Origin: an uncultured bacterium
Lineage (GTDB): Bacteria; Fidelibacterota; UBA2242
Length of the DNA stretch: 64,000 nucleotides
Direction of reading: 5' to 3'
Assembly (NCBI GenBank): GCA_964589175.1
Contig: CAZPRY010000014.1
Span: 6,779 to 70,778 of the forward strand
In this document: positions 40,488 to 51,702 of the stretch, piece by piece
Position numbering within the stretch: position 1 is the stretch's first letter
Layout: every line of letters starts with the position of its first letter
Translations under genes and position numbers: made by a program
Notes under the pieces: generated by a model
Database searches by the model: none
Seen by the model: the letters and a program-made list of their open reading frames with translations, nothing else
Told to the model about the DNA's origin: nothing

Positions 40488-41786
40488 TTACCTTCTTATT
40501 GTTCCTTTCAGGTCGAGATCGTCAATTCCCAGTATCTCAACTTTGCGGAACTCGCCGGGTTTTAGGGTCCGGTCGCTTTGAATTTTCACAAGACAGTCGA
40601 TTTCAGGAGCATCCCATTCGCTGCGACCTTCGTATAAACCCTCGCTTTCACGTTCGATCAGCACCTGCAAAGACTTCCCGACCTGCTTTTCGGCGAATTC
40701 ACGGGAGATATTCCACTGCAGTTGGATCACGATCTCCCGGCGGCGTTCTTTCTCCTCTTCGGAAACGTCATCTTCGCTACGGGCCGCTTCGGTTTCCTCC
40801 TCCTGCGAATACGTAAAAACGCCCAGGCGCTCAAAGCGAATATCCTCGATAAAATCCAGCAACTCGTCAAAATCCGCTTCGCTCTCGCCGGGATAGCCGA
40901 CCATTACCGATGTTCGCAAGGCCACATTCGGGATTTCACGGCGAATCCGCTGCAGGATCCGGCGGATACCCGGCCCATCCTGAGCCCGCCGCATTTGTTT
41001 GAGAATGCGGGGCGCGGCGTGCTGCACGGGAATATCGATATAGGCGCAGAGACTGTCGTATTTCGTGAACAGGCGATTGACCCGCGGGTCCCAGAAATCC
41101 GGGTTGGAATAGAGTAGCCGCACCCACGGAAACAGCTTGGCCGCCAGCAGTTCTTCCAGCAATGCGTATAAAGTCGGTTTTCCGGGGAGGTCCGAGCCGT
41201 AGCGCGTCAGATCCTGTGAGATCAGGATCAGTTCCTGCACGCCCAACTGGTTCAGGTAGCGGGCCTCCTGGAGAAGGCTTGCGATGCTGCGGCTGCGCTG
41301 TTTGCCCCGAATCAATGGAATCGAACAGAAGGCGCAGCGATTGTCGCAACCTTCGGCAATTTTCAGATAGGCATAATGCCCGGGCGTCATAAGCGAGCGC
41401 AGCTCTTCGGGTCCACAAACGCCGGACGGGCGGCCGTGCAATTCGCGCAGCACTTCCTCGTGCGACTCGACTCCGGCGATAAAATCGACTTCGGGGAGTT
41501 CCTTGCGCAATTCAGTAGCATAACGTTGCGAAAGACAGCCAACAACGAAGACTTTCTGGATTTGACGGCGGGACTTCAGGTCGATCACCTCCAGGATGGT
41601 CTCGATTGACTCTTCCCGGGCCGGCTGGATAAATCCGCAGGTGTTGATAATCACTACCTCGGCGTCTTCCGGCTCCGGCCGGTACGCAAAATCGGAACGG
41701 ATCAGGCGCCCCTTCAAAATCTCCGAATCGACCGTGTTCTTGGGGCATCCCAGGGATATAATGGAAAAAGATTCTTTTTTAGACAT
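40488..41786 (-). CDS. rimO: Ribosomal protein S12 methylthiotransferase RimO (MTTase, radical-SAM and TRAM domains).
   Basis: LGCPKNTVDSE, HYAYLKIAEGC(x3)C…C, IDIPVQHAAPRILKQMRR. Confidence 0.85.
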   Translation of the reverse strand: MSKKESFSIISLGCPKNTVDSEILKGRLIRSDFAYRPEPEDAEVVIINTCGFIQPAREESIETILEVIDLKSRRQIQKVFVVGCLSQRYATELRKELPEVDFIAGVESHEEVLRELHGRPSGVCGPEELRSLMTPGHYAYLKIAEGCDNRCAFCSIPLIRGKQRSRSIASLLQEARYLNQLGVQELILISQDLTRYGSDLPGKPTLYALLEELLAAKLFPWVRLLYSNPDFWDPRVNRLFTKYDSLCAYIDIPVQHAAPRILKQMRRAQDGPGIRRILQRIRREIPNVALRTSVMVGYPGESEADFDELLDFIEDIRFERLGVFTYSQEEETEAARSEDDVSEEEKERRREIVIQLQWNISREFAEKQVGKSLQVLIERESEGLYEGRSEWDAPEIDCLVKIQSDRTLKPGEFRKVEILGIDDLDLKGTIRR

Positions 41787-41819
41787 TGGATAAGGTACCC
41801 TGTTTCGGACCGGCCGGGA

Positions 41820-43304
41820 TCAGTTTGCGACGCTGAGAAGCGCGTCCACATAACTGCCCGGATCAAACTCGACCAGATCGTCCAGTTTCTCACCGATACC
41901 GAGGTATTTGATGGGAATATTAAATTTCCGATGGACGGACAGAACGATGCCGCCCTTGGCGGTTCCGTCCAGCTTCGTGAGAATAACGCCGGTAATCCCG
42001 ACTGCGCTCATGAACTCCTGCGCCTGCGCCAGGCCGTTCTGCCCGGTTGTGGCATCCAGCACCAGCCAGACATCCTGCGGCGCTCCGGGAATGACCTTGC
42101 CGATCACCCGTTTGATCTTGCCGAGCTCTTCCATAAGGTTGGATTTGGTGTGCAGACGGCCGGCCGTATCGATAATTACGACATCCTTGTCCCGGGCAAC
42201 GGCGGCTTTCATGGCGTCAAAGACTACAGCGGACGGATCTTTGCCCTGCGGATTGCCCATCAGATCGACATTGGCGCGCTCGGTCCAGACCTGGAGTTGC
42301 TCAAAGGCCGCTGCCCGGAAAGTATCAGCCGCCACAACTAAAACTTTCCGACCGGCAATCGCAAATTTCGCCCCCAGTTTACCGATGGTCGTGGTCTTCC
42401 CGGTACCGTTAACGCCAACAATCAGAATCACGTGCGGTTTGGCGAGTGTGGTCTCACCATGGTTGTCCGATCCCATCAGGGCCTTAATTTCATTCTTCAG
42501 AATCTCGTCCAGGCGGCTCGCCTCCTTGCGGTCCACAGCCCGCAGGCGTTCCATCAGGATCTCCGTAAATTCGACGCCGACATCCGCACCCAGGAGCGTA
42601 TCCTCAATCTGCGCGAGGACATCGGCTTCGATGCGAAAATATTTTCCCAGCAGCGGCAGGCGCGCAGCTATGCTCTTTTCCGTCCTGGCGAGACCGAGGG
42701 TCAGCCGGGATGACGGACCCGCTGGCCGGGTTTCAACTTTCTGATAAGCCTTATGCAGGTAAGTTTGGGCATAAATAATCCAGGAAATCGTCAGGAATAC
42801 CATCGAAGTCAGCATCAATGGCCTCTGCCACGCGATAATATCGTAGAGATACGTCATGATCGTCGCCGCAGTAAGGACGATCGAGACTTTACCGAGGAAA
42901 TTGGCGCGCGGCGTATGACTGCGGTAGCGATACATACAGAAGCCGGTCACGGATATCGTCAGATCACGCAGTAAAAGGAAGGCAAAATAGTAGAGCGGCA
43001 TGTTGCCGTGCAACCATAGAAAAAGCATCACACTGAAGATCACGACCTTATCCGCTATGGGATCGAGCACTTTTCCGTAATCGGTGATGGCGTGGCGTAC
43101 TCGCGCCAGCCAGCCGTCAAGAGTGTCCGTAACAATCGCGACGGCAATATAGATAAGCGCGGTCTTCTTATCTCCGATGTACAGGTAATAGATAATGGGA
43201 ATCGCCAGGAAGGCCCGGAGGATCGAAATGAAATTCGATAATGTCCAGAAACGATTCTGATCGTTTGAGTCAATGGTCGTTGTTGCCTGCGCGATCACAT
43301 TCAC
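41820..43304 (-). CDS. ftsY: Fusion protein: N-terminal CDP-alcohol phosphatidyltransferase (PgsA-like, about 190 aa, polytopic) fused to signal-recognition-particle receptor FtsY N+G domains.
   Basis: The DG(x2)AR(x8)G(x3)D(x3)D motif is present (DGWLARVRHAITDYGKVLDPIADK). FtsY G-motifs are present (GVNGTGKTTT, DTAGR, TKLDGTAKGG). Confidence 0.8.
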   Translation of the reverse strand: MNVIAQATTTIDSNDQNRFWTLSNFISILRAFLAIPIIYYLYIGDKKTALIYIAVAIVTDTLDGWLARVRHAITDYGKVLDPIADKVVIFSVMLFLWLHGNMPLYYFAFLLLRDLTISVTGFCMYRYRSHTPRANFLGKVSIVLTAATIMTYLYDIIAWQRPLMLTSMVFLTISWIIYAQTYLHKAYQKVETRPAGPSSRLTLGLARTEKSIAARLPLLGKYFRIEADVLAQIEDTLLGADVGVEFTEILMERLRAVDRKEASRLDEILKNEIKALMGSDNHGETTLAKPHVILIVGVNGTGKTTTIGKLGAKFAIAGRKVLVVAADTFRAAAFEQLQVWTERANVDLMGNPQGKDPSAVVFDAMKAAVARDKDVVIIDTAGRLHTKSNLMEELGKIKRVIGKVIPGAPQDVWLVLDATTGQNGLAQAQEFMSAVGITGVILTKLDGTAKGGIVLSVHRKFNIPIKYLGIGEKLDDLVEFDPGSYVDALLSVAN

Positions 43305-43346
43305 TCCCGTATTATGCTCTTCCAGTCAATATTCCGGTGTCGGTTG

Positions 43347-44060
43347 CTAAAAATCGAGTAATCCGGTACGGTCCTTAATCTGTCGATTTTTATCCAATTC
43401 TCCAAAACCACCCCTAAAAATAATCTCTCCGGACTGCAAAATCCAAACATGAATGCAAATTTTTTTGAGTATTTCGTAATCATGCGAAATTACGATCAAA
43501 TCCCGCTCGCGGAGATACAGGCCGGCAATCCGGGCCAATTCCGCTCTGCCGCCCGGGCCCATGCCGATCGTCGGTTCATCCAGGATCAGCAGCCGCGGAC
43601 CGAAGGCAAAACCAAGCGCCAGGGCGAAGCGGCGCAACTCTCCGCCGCTCATCTCAAAGCCGTTCTTATCGGCAATATCCCGATAATTCAGCGAAAATTC
43701 GCTCAGAAACGCCGCCACTTTTTGCTCCAGGCCATCACACGACGGGTTGGCGGATTGAATCAGGGCGACCGTTTCGGCCGCTTTGGCCCCTAGAAAATTA
43801 CGTTCCGGGAACTGGTTGAGGTAAAGCACCCGCGACTTATCGGCCGGTCCCTCGAAAGCAAAGCGGCATTCCGGGCCGCCGTACAGAGCAGCCAGAATTT
43901 TCCCGAGCGTGGTTTTACCGGAACCCGAAAGGCCGTAAATACCCAGCGCCCCCTCGAAGCGATGCCGGATTGCCGGAATTCGCAGATGAAACGCCGACAC
44001 CCCGGAATAGTGGTAATCAATTCCCTGGATATCTAATCCGAGACGGTTAAGCATGATCAA
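43347..44060 (-). CDS. ABC transporter ATP-binding protein (short, ECF-A-like).
   Basis: Walker A GLSGSGKTT, signature LSGGELRR, Walker B LILDEP. Confidence 0.8.
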   Translation of the reverse strand: MIMLNRLGLDIQGIDYHYSGVSAFHLRIPAIRHRFEGALGIYGLSGSGKTTLGKILAALYGGPECRFAFEGPADKSRVLYLNQFPERNFLGAKAAETVALIQSANPSCDGLEQKVAAFLSEFSLNYRDIADKNGFEMSGGELRRFALALGFAFGPRLLILDEPTIGMGPGGRAELARIAGLYLRERDLIVISHDYEILKKICIHVWILQSGEIIFRGGFGELDKNRQIKDRTGLLDF

Positions 44061-44718
44061 ACCCGTTTTCCTGGAAGAAAAGTTTGCTTTCCCCGGCGAA
44101 CGTCACTTCGCCGTCGTGAAGCCGGATGATATAATCCGCCAGGCGCATCTCCCGCGGTTCCTGGGTGATCCATACGATTCCGGTGCCTTTTCGGCGCAAA
44201 GCCCCAATGGTCTCGATCAATTTTTTCTGGCCGGGAATATCGAGATAGGCCGTCGGCTCATCCAGAAATAGCATCCCAGGTTCCGCGATCAGCATACCGG
44301 CCAGGGCCAGACGCTGCTTTTCACCGCCCGAGAGTTGATTGGGTGAGTCGCTCCGGCGCTCCCAAAGCTCGATCTCTTTCAGGGCTGTTTCCACTTTACG
44401 AGCGATTTCCGCCGGCGATACTCCCCGGTTTTCAAGACTGAAGGCCAGTTCTTTCTCAATATTGAAATGCACGAACTGGTCTTCGGGATTCTGGAAAAGG
44501 TAACCGAACGGGATGTCGCGGTCGTTCCACGGAGAGATAATTTCGCCCGAAGCAGGTTGCAGCAAACCGGCCATCAACTTCGCCAGGGTCGATTTCCCAG
44601 AGCCGCAATCCCCGATAATACTGACCCAGTTACGGGCCGGGACTGAAAGGTTGATTTTTTCGAAGAGGGTTTTTGAGGAAGGATATGAAAAACTCAACTC
44701 TCTCAACTCAATCTTCAA
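44047..44718 (-). CDS. ABC transporter ATP-binding protein (second, tandem).
   Basis: GDCGSGKST, LSGGEKQR, LFLDEP. Confidence 0.8.
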   Translation of the reverse strand: MKIELRELSFSYPSSKTLFEKINLSVPARNWVSIIGDCGSGKSTLAKLMAGLLQPASGEIISPWNDRDIPFGYLFQNPEDQFVHFNIEKELAFSLENRGVSPAEIARKVETALKEIELWERRSDSPNQLSGGEKQRLALAGMLIAEPGMLFLDEPTAYLDIPGQKKLIETIGALRRKGTGIVWITQEPREMRLADYIIRLHDGEVTFAGESKLFFQENGFDHA

Positions 44719-45995
44719 TCGGACTCCAGAATCTCTTTTACGGTACGGGCGGAAGCCCCCAGATTCTTCAGAATCACCTGGCGGGAAGCTTCGGAGGCCG
44801 TCCGATAAGCGTTATCATCCGTCAGAAGAGCATGTATTTTACGATATAAACTTTTGTCATCCTCACAACAGAAAGCACCGCCTGCCGAGACCAGCAACTC
44901 GGCTTCATGCGAATTATGATAGGTCGGGCCGAAAAGTACCGGCAAACCGGCGACCGCCGGCTCCATAACATTGTGGATCGAACCCCGGAAACTACCGCCA
45001 ACAAAGGCCAGGTTGCCCTGGTGGTACAGCTCAGCCAGAATGCCTACCTTATCCACCAGGAGTACCCGGATCGTATCCAGTACGGTATTAAACTGCGATA
45101 AGCGCTGCGTTTCGAAACCGTTATTATGGAAACCGTCCTCCAGCATCTCGATGGCGTACTCGTTGGGCTCATGCGGGGCAACGACGACTTTCAGCCGTGG
45201 ATGGCGGTTCAGCGCCTTGTATGCGGCGGGCATCAGATGGCGTGTGTCCTGCGGCCAGACACTCCCGGCAATCAGGATGAACCCGTCTATGAACAGATCT
45301 GGAATTTTTTTATTGATCCGATCGTGCGCGCGTTGCAGGACCTGATCGTAGCGTGTATCGCCAAGAGCCAATACCTGAATCTTCACACTGCCGACCAGTT
45401 TCTTGACGCTCTCCCGGTCCTCCTCGGAAATCGCATAAATATAATTAAACGAACGATACATGGCGCTGAAGAAACTGCGAACCACCGGTTTCCATTTCAG
45501 GCTGCTCCTGCGGATGCGGGCCGATATCAGGTAAGTGGGAATATGGTGCCGAACCGTATTTAAAATCATATTCGGCCAGAGTTCATACATCACGAAAATG
45601 ACTTTTTTCGGACGCAAGCGTTGCAGAAAATGACGGGTGCCCAGAAACGTATCGATCGGTAAATAGAGAAAAAGATCCACCTCGGGGATACGGACGGCAT
45701 TTTCATAGCCGCTCGGAGATGTGAAACTGGCCGCGATAAGGACATCGGGCCGCAGGGCTTTCAAACCACGGATCACCGGCTTCGCCTGCTCGAACTCGCC
45801 CAGTGAAGCCGAATGGATCAGGTACAGATCGCGGTGCGGATAGCGCCTGCGGAAGCGGTTGAGTTCACTCCTGCTCTGACGCCTGCCCGTCAACCCCTTG
45901 CGCACCTTTTCGTTAAAGATGGATAGAATAAGCAGACACAACAAACCGATCGGAATCACGACGATATTGTAAAAGATAAACCAGAAAAAATCCAA
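44715..45995 (-). CDS. waaA: 3-deoxy-D-manno-octulosonic-acid (Kdo) transferase.
   Basis: N-terminal TM segment followed by IHSASLGEFEQAKPVI (the WaaA/KdtA hallmark). 426 aa. Confidence 0.8.
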   Translation of the reverse strand: MDFFWFIFYNIVVIPIGLLCLLILSIFNEKVRKGLTGRRQSRSELNRFRRRYPHRDLYLIHSASLGEFEQAKPVIRGLKALRPDVLIAASFTSPSGYENAVRIPEVDLFLYLPIDTFLGTRHFLQRLRPKKVIFVMYELWPNMILNTVRHHIPTYLISARIRRSSLKWKPVVRSFFSAMYRSFNYIYAISEEDRESVKKLVGSVKIQVLALGDTRYDQVLQRAHDRINKKIPDLFIDGFILIAGSVWPQDTRHLMPAAYKALNRHPRLKVVVAPHEPNEYAIEMLEDGFHNNGFETQRLSQFNTVLDTIRVLLVDKVGILAELYHQGNLAFVGGSFRGSIHNVMEPAVAGLPVLFGPTYHNSHEAELLVSAGGAFCCEDDKSLYRKIHALLTDDNAYRTASEASRQVILKNLGASARTVKEILESD

Positions 45996-46052
45996 TCCGT
46001 TTACTCCTCAATTCTATGAAGCACTGCCCGCTAAACCAACCGTCGGACGCGT

Positions 46053-47033
46053 TTAGTTCAAGCGCTTTTGATTAAATAACACGAAGCCGCACAGGCATTC
46101 TTTGATTTCGGAATCCGGAAACATATCCAGCTGCTCCAAAGCCTGCTTTGAAAATCGGTCCAGAACCTGCCGGGTGTAGTCGAGCCCGCCCTGTACGGCA
46201 ATCAAAGAATTGACCCGCGCAATCTCTTCCTCGTTCAAATCGCTGCGGATCAACTTCCGCAGCCTCTGCCCCTCACGAGGCGGCAATTTCTGCATGGTAT
46301 AGAGCAGCGGCAGGGTAATCAGATTGGCCTTGATGTCCCGGCCGATCGGTTTACCGATGTCCTTTTTGGAACCGGTAAAATCAAGCAGATCGTCCTTGAT
46401 CTGGAAGGCGATCCCCAGATATTTGCCGTACAGCCACAGCTTTTCCGTTTTTCCTGAATCGGCGCCAACCGTCATGCCGCCCAGTTTACACGCCGTAGCA
46501 AACAGGGAAGCCGTCTTGGCCCAGATCATCCGGTAATAAATGTCTTCATCCATGCCGTTTGTGTAACTCTTGCCCAGCTGCAGCAGCTCGCCGGAGCTGA
46601 GCAATTCGGAAGTTTCCGACAGCATCTCCAGGGCCTCGAAATTCTTTAAACGCAGCATGCTGCGCAACGATTTACTGAAAAGATAATCGCCCAGCAGGAC
46701 AGACACCTTATTTTTCCAGAGGGCCTTAACGGAGGGCTGTCCGCGCCGCTCTTCCGACTCATCCACGATGTCATCGTGAACCAGTGTCGCCGTATGCAGG
46801 ATTTCGACCAGGCTGGCCGCAATATAACTGTCGTTATTGGGCTGACCGCATAACCTGGCCGACAGCAGCAACAGGCTGGGACGTATTTTCTTCCCCTCCT
46901 GAGAAACGATATAATGACTGATGGTATTGATTAATTCGATATCCGAATGCAGGGCGTTCTCAAATTCTCTTTGAAACTGCTCCAGTTCCTTTTCAATCGG
47001 CTTTATCAGATCTTGGATGGTCGGTTCTATCAT
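46053..47033 (-). CDS. Polyprenyl diphosphate synthase (IspB-like long-chain trans-prenyltransferase).
   Basis: First DDxxD motif LVHDDIVDE. Second motif FQIKDDLLD. Confidence 0.8.
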   Translation of the reverse strand: MIEPTIQDLIKPIEKELEQFQREFENALHSDIELINTISHYIVSQEGKKIRPSLLLLSARLCGQPNNDSYIAASLVEILHTATLVHDDIVDESEERRGQPSVKALWKNKVSVLLGDYLFSKSLRSMLRLKNFEALEMLSETSELLSSGELLQLGKSYTNGMDEDIYYRMIWAKTASLFATACKLGGMTVGADSGKTEKLWLYGKYLGIAFQIKDDLLDFTGSKKDIGKPIGRDIKANLITLPLLYTMQKLPPREGQRLRKLIRSDLNEEEIARVNSLIAVQGGLDYTRQVLDRFSKQALEQLDMFPDSEIKECLCGFVLFNQKRLN

Positions 47034-47069
47034 GCTCTTAAATTTATCACCGCGCTCCCGGAATTCATA

Positions 47070-47828
47070 TCACGAAGTTTCTTCCTCAACTTTGGAGCGT
47101 AAAGCCAGACGGGAAACAAAGATGCTGAGTTCGTACAGGAACAGCAGCGGTATGCCCATCATGATCATGCTCACCGGATCCGGAGGCGTTAAAAAGGCCG
47201 CTACGATAAGAATAATCACAACTGCATAGCGCCAGTATTTACGCAGAAATTTGGGGGTGAGCAATCCCATTTTCGTCAGAATAAACGATAAAATCGGCAT
47301 CTGAAAAATCGCACCGGACGCGATCATCAGTTGCACTACAAATTTCGTATAATATTCAATCGAAATATTTTTCTCGATTTCGGCCGTTCCGATGCCGATC
47401 AGGAACCGGATCGCAAAGGGCACCAGAATGAAATAGGCAAAAGCAGCGCCGGCAATGAAAAAAAGTGAAACGCTGACGACCAGCCAGGGAGCCCATCTTT
47501 TCTCGTCGGGGAGCAAGCCCGGGCTCACAAAAGCCCAAAACTGGTACGCCAGCACCGGAATCGACAGAACGATTCCCATCGCAAAAGCCACCCACATCTT
47601 GAGCATCAGCACGCCCTGTACTCTCAAAACCTGGATAGTCATATCCGATGCCAGGTTTTTCGAGGGCAGGAGAATCAGATCGATCAAGCTGTCGGAAAAG
47701 ACAAACGAGCCGACGGCGCAGATGATAACGGCCGCCAGAATTTTAAAAATCCGGGTTCGCAGCTCTTCGAGGTGATCCAGGAATCCCATTTCGAGCGAAT
47801 CGCCGGTTGCTTGGGGGGGCTTACTCAC
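47070..47828 (-). CDS. tatC: Twin-arginine translocase subunit TatC.
   Basis: FLDHLEELRTRI signature. Six predicted TM segments. 252 aa. Confidence 0.9.
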   Translation of the reverse strand: MSKPPQATGDSLEMGFLDHLEELRTRIFKILAAVIICAVGSFVFSDSLIDLILLPSKNLASDMTIQVLRVQGVLMLKMWVAFAMGIVLSIPVLAYQFWAFVSPGLLPDEKRWAPWLVVSVSLFFIAGAAFAYFILVPFAIRFLIGIGTAEIEKNISIEYYTKFVVQLMIASGAIFQMPILSFILTKMGLLTPKFLRKYWRYAVVIILIVAAFLTPPDPVSMIMMGIPLLFLYELSIFVSRLALRSKVEEETS

Positions 47829-48037
47829 GATCGGTTCTATCTCTTCCTTTCGTCACTTCGAAGGCCCGGCCAGAGAGCTGAGGGGCCTCGCTGAATTGCC
47901 GTGAAATTTACGAAAATTTGGGATGAAATCACCCATAATCCGCAATTCCGCCGATAACCGAAAATCCGTCCGGCATAGCGAAGTCGGATTCGGGATGCTG
48001 ATAACCAGGGAACGATAATGGGGAAATGGGGCCAATA

Positions 48038-48715
48038 TCAACCGAATTGATTGATAAATTCCTCGTAATTAGGAATGACCAGCCTGCGGCCGCGTTTCTC
48101 GAGATAGCCTTTGTCCTGGAGCAATTTCAGCATGCGCGAGACGGTTTCGCGCGAGGTGCCGGCCATGTTGGCGATATCCTGCTGATAGGGCAGGTTCTCG
48201 ATGACCACTTTGCCCATCTGGATCACGCCCAGCTCTTCGGCCAGACGGATCAGGGTGATGGCAATCCGATTCTCGGCATCGCTGAGAGACAAGCCCTCAA
48301 TTTGCTGATCCGATTTGCGCAGGCGGGCCGCCAACTCCTGTAAGAGCACAATCGCGATCTGGGGATGCCTCTCCAGCAGATCCAGGAAATCGCCCCTTTT
48401 CAATACCAGGACCTCGGTATCCTCCAGCGCAATGACGTTCGCGGAGCGACTCTCGCCGTCGAAGATCGACATCTCGCCGAAAAAATCACCCTCTCCTAAG
48501 ATAGAGAGGATCACCTCGCGCCCGTCATCACTGAGCCGGGTGATCTTGACACTTCCCTGACTGAGAATAAACAGCGTATCGCCGAAATCTTCTTCCATCA
48601 GAATCATGTTATTTTTCTTGTACCTGCGCCGCTGCATGAGCGCATAGATCTTCTCCAGCGCATCTTCTTTGAGGTCCGCAAACATGGGTATATTCTTTAG
48701 CATTAAATGTTCCAT
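48038..48715 (-). CDS. Crp/Fnr-family transcriptional regulator.
   Basis: cNMP-binding fold (GEGDFFGEMS). C-terminal HTH (RETVSRMLKLLQDKGYL). Confidence 0.85.
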   Translation of the reverse strand: MEHLMLKNIPMFADLKEDALEKIYALMQRRRYKKNNMILMEEDFGDTLFILSQGSVKITRLSDDGREVILSILGEGDFFGEMSIFDGESRSANVIALEDTEVLVLKRGDFLDLLERHPQIAIVLLQELAARLRKSDQQIEGLSLSDAENRIAITLIRLAEELGVIQMGKVVIENLPYQQDIANMAGTSRETVSRMLKLLQDKGYLEKRGRRLVIPNYEEFINQFG

Positions 48716-48784
48716 CGCCGCTCTATCCTTTTGAAAAAAATAGGTTTCGCCGTCATTAAAAACAAGGAAAAGTTTTTAACGGTT

Positions 48785-49156
48785 TTATTTTTCTGCTTTC
48801 GGACGCTTTGAGTCGTCCCCGGATTTGCTGAATTTTTGGATCAGGTCCGGAATCATATCGACGATTTTCATATAATTCGGTCCCTTCTCCTTCAGCGAAT
48901 GGACCCGAATTTCTTTCTCGTTGACGGTGATGATGGCAATCGGTTCGATAATGGCGCCGCCGCCCGTCGCACTGTTCGGGTGCTCCCCTTTGGCCTCTTT
49001 GCCCAGTTCGCCGCTGCCGGCTCCAAAGCCCAGGGAAATTTTCGTCACCGGGATGACCGTCGTCCCGGCCGCCTCGATGGGATGCCCGATAATCATTTCC
49101 GTTGAAACGATGTCGCGCAGTTTTCCAAGCAATGTGTCCACTAAAGCTTCGATCAT
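48785..49156 (-). CDS. GerW/YtfJ-family protein.
   Basis: VIPVTKISLGFGAGSGE… core typical of the GerW family. 123 aa. Confidence 0.6.
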   Translation of the reverse strand: MIEALVDTLLGKLRDIVSTEMIIGHPIEAAGTTVIPVTKISLGFGAGSGELGKEAKGEHPNSATGGGAIIEPIAIITVNEKEIRVHSLKEKGPNYMKIVDMIPDLIQKFSKSGDDSKRPKAEK

Positions 49157-49157
49157 T

Positions 49158-49793
49158 TTATACCCCCCTTTGATGTTTTATCGTGCGTATATATTGTCGA
49201 TACCCAAAAATAAGGACAGGAACGATATGAATCAATCGGATTGAGCCGTCAAAGGCCATATTTCCCGTAAATTCTTTGTTAAGAAAAACGGGCTGAATGC
49301 TGATGTCACGCAGAATCGGAAAGGAATATCTCAGGCCGGCGATGGCTCCCATCAGAATCCCGGTATAGGCCGGGTTGCCGGTTCCGACGCGCAGATCCGC
49401 TGTGAGTTTCTCGATCCGTACGATGCCCAGCAGCCGGCGCAGAACCTCTTTGCCCAGGCTGATCCAGTCGCGCAACGCAGATAATCCGGGACGTTTCCCT
49501 GCTTTGCGCGGCTTTTTCTTCTCCGCAGCTTTCTTTTCCCCGGCACCGGTCGGCCGGTCGAATATTTTCATCCCGTAAATGTAAATCCGCAGGCGATGGC
49601 GATCTCCGGATTCGTCCCAGACTGCCCGGATGGCCAGAAGGCCGGAAAAGAGTCCCACCCGCGCACTCCATTCGGTTTTCCGCTCCGAAAGCGCCGCCTG
49701 CAAGGAAAAATAGCTGCGGGTCAGAAATGCTATGATTACGAACAGAATCGGCAAAAAGAGCAGCCAGCAGATTATTTTTAGTACAAAAATCAA
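49158..49793 (-). CDS. DUF2953-like (YtfI-like) membrane protein, partner of the GerW-like gene.
   Basis: N-terminal TM helix. Lys-rich linker. Stop/start abutting the GerW-like ORF. Confidence 0.45.
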   Translation of the reverse strand: MIFVLKIICWLLFLPILFVIIAFLTRSYFSLQAALSERKTEWSARVGLFSGLLAIRAVWDESGDRHRLRIYIYGMKIFDRPTGAGEKKAAEKKKPRKAGKRPGLSALRDWISLGKEVLRRLLGIVRIEKLTADLRVGTGNPAYTGILMGAIAGLRYSFPILRDISIQPVFLNKEFTGNMAFDGSIRLIHIVPVLIFGYRQYIRTIKHQRGV

Positions 49794-49883
49794 TTATTTC
49801 CCTTGATTTTTCCTTTGAATTTCAGCAATTATATAGATAACTTTGCACCGCTTTTTTGCTGGATAATATTTGAAAGGAATTAA

Positions 49884-50138
49884 ATGAGCAAGAACCAATC
49901 TGTCCAAAAACGAATTAGACAGGCAGAAAAATCGAGATTACGGAACAAGCATTATAAATCCCTCATGAAAAACGTGATCAAGCAGGTAAAAAGCGCCGGT
50001 ACCAAAGCCGAAGCCGAAAGTCTGTATCCGGAAGCAGCCTCGATCATCGACTCGATTGCGGGTAAAGGGATTATCCATAAAAACAACGCTGCGAACAAGA
50101 AATCGAGACTCGCTGCTCATCTAGCCAAGTTGTCGTAA
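49884..50138 (+). CDS. rpsT: 30S ribosomal protein S20.
   Basis: MSKNQSVQKRIRQAEKSRLRNK…. Confidence 0.9.
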   Translation: MSKNQSVQKRIRQAEKSRLRNKHYKSLMKNVIKQVKSAGTKAEAESLYPEAASIIDSIAGKGIIHKNNAANKKSRLAAHLAKLS

Positions 50139-50174
50139 TCGCTTGTTCGGTTTTTTCCTACTCCAATAATCTTA

Positions 50175-51641
<1,467 letters not shown>

Positions 51642-51702
51642 TCACCTCAATTGGTTTGAGTGTTAATTTATTGATAAAGTAGTGACAATCTCTAGAAAGT
51701 TT

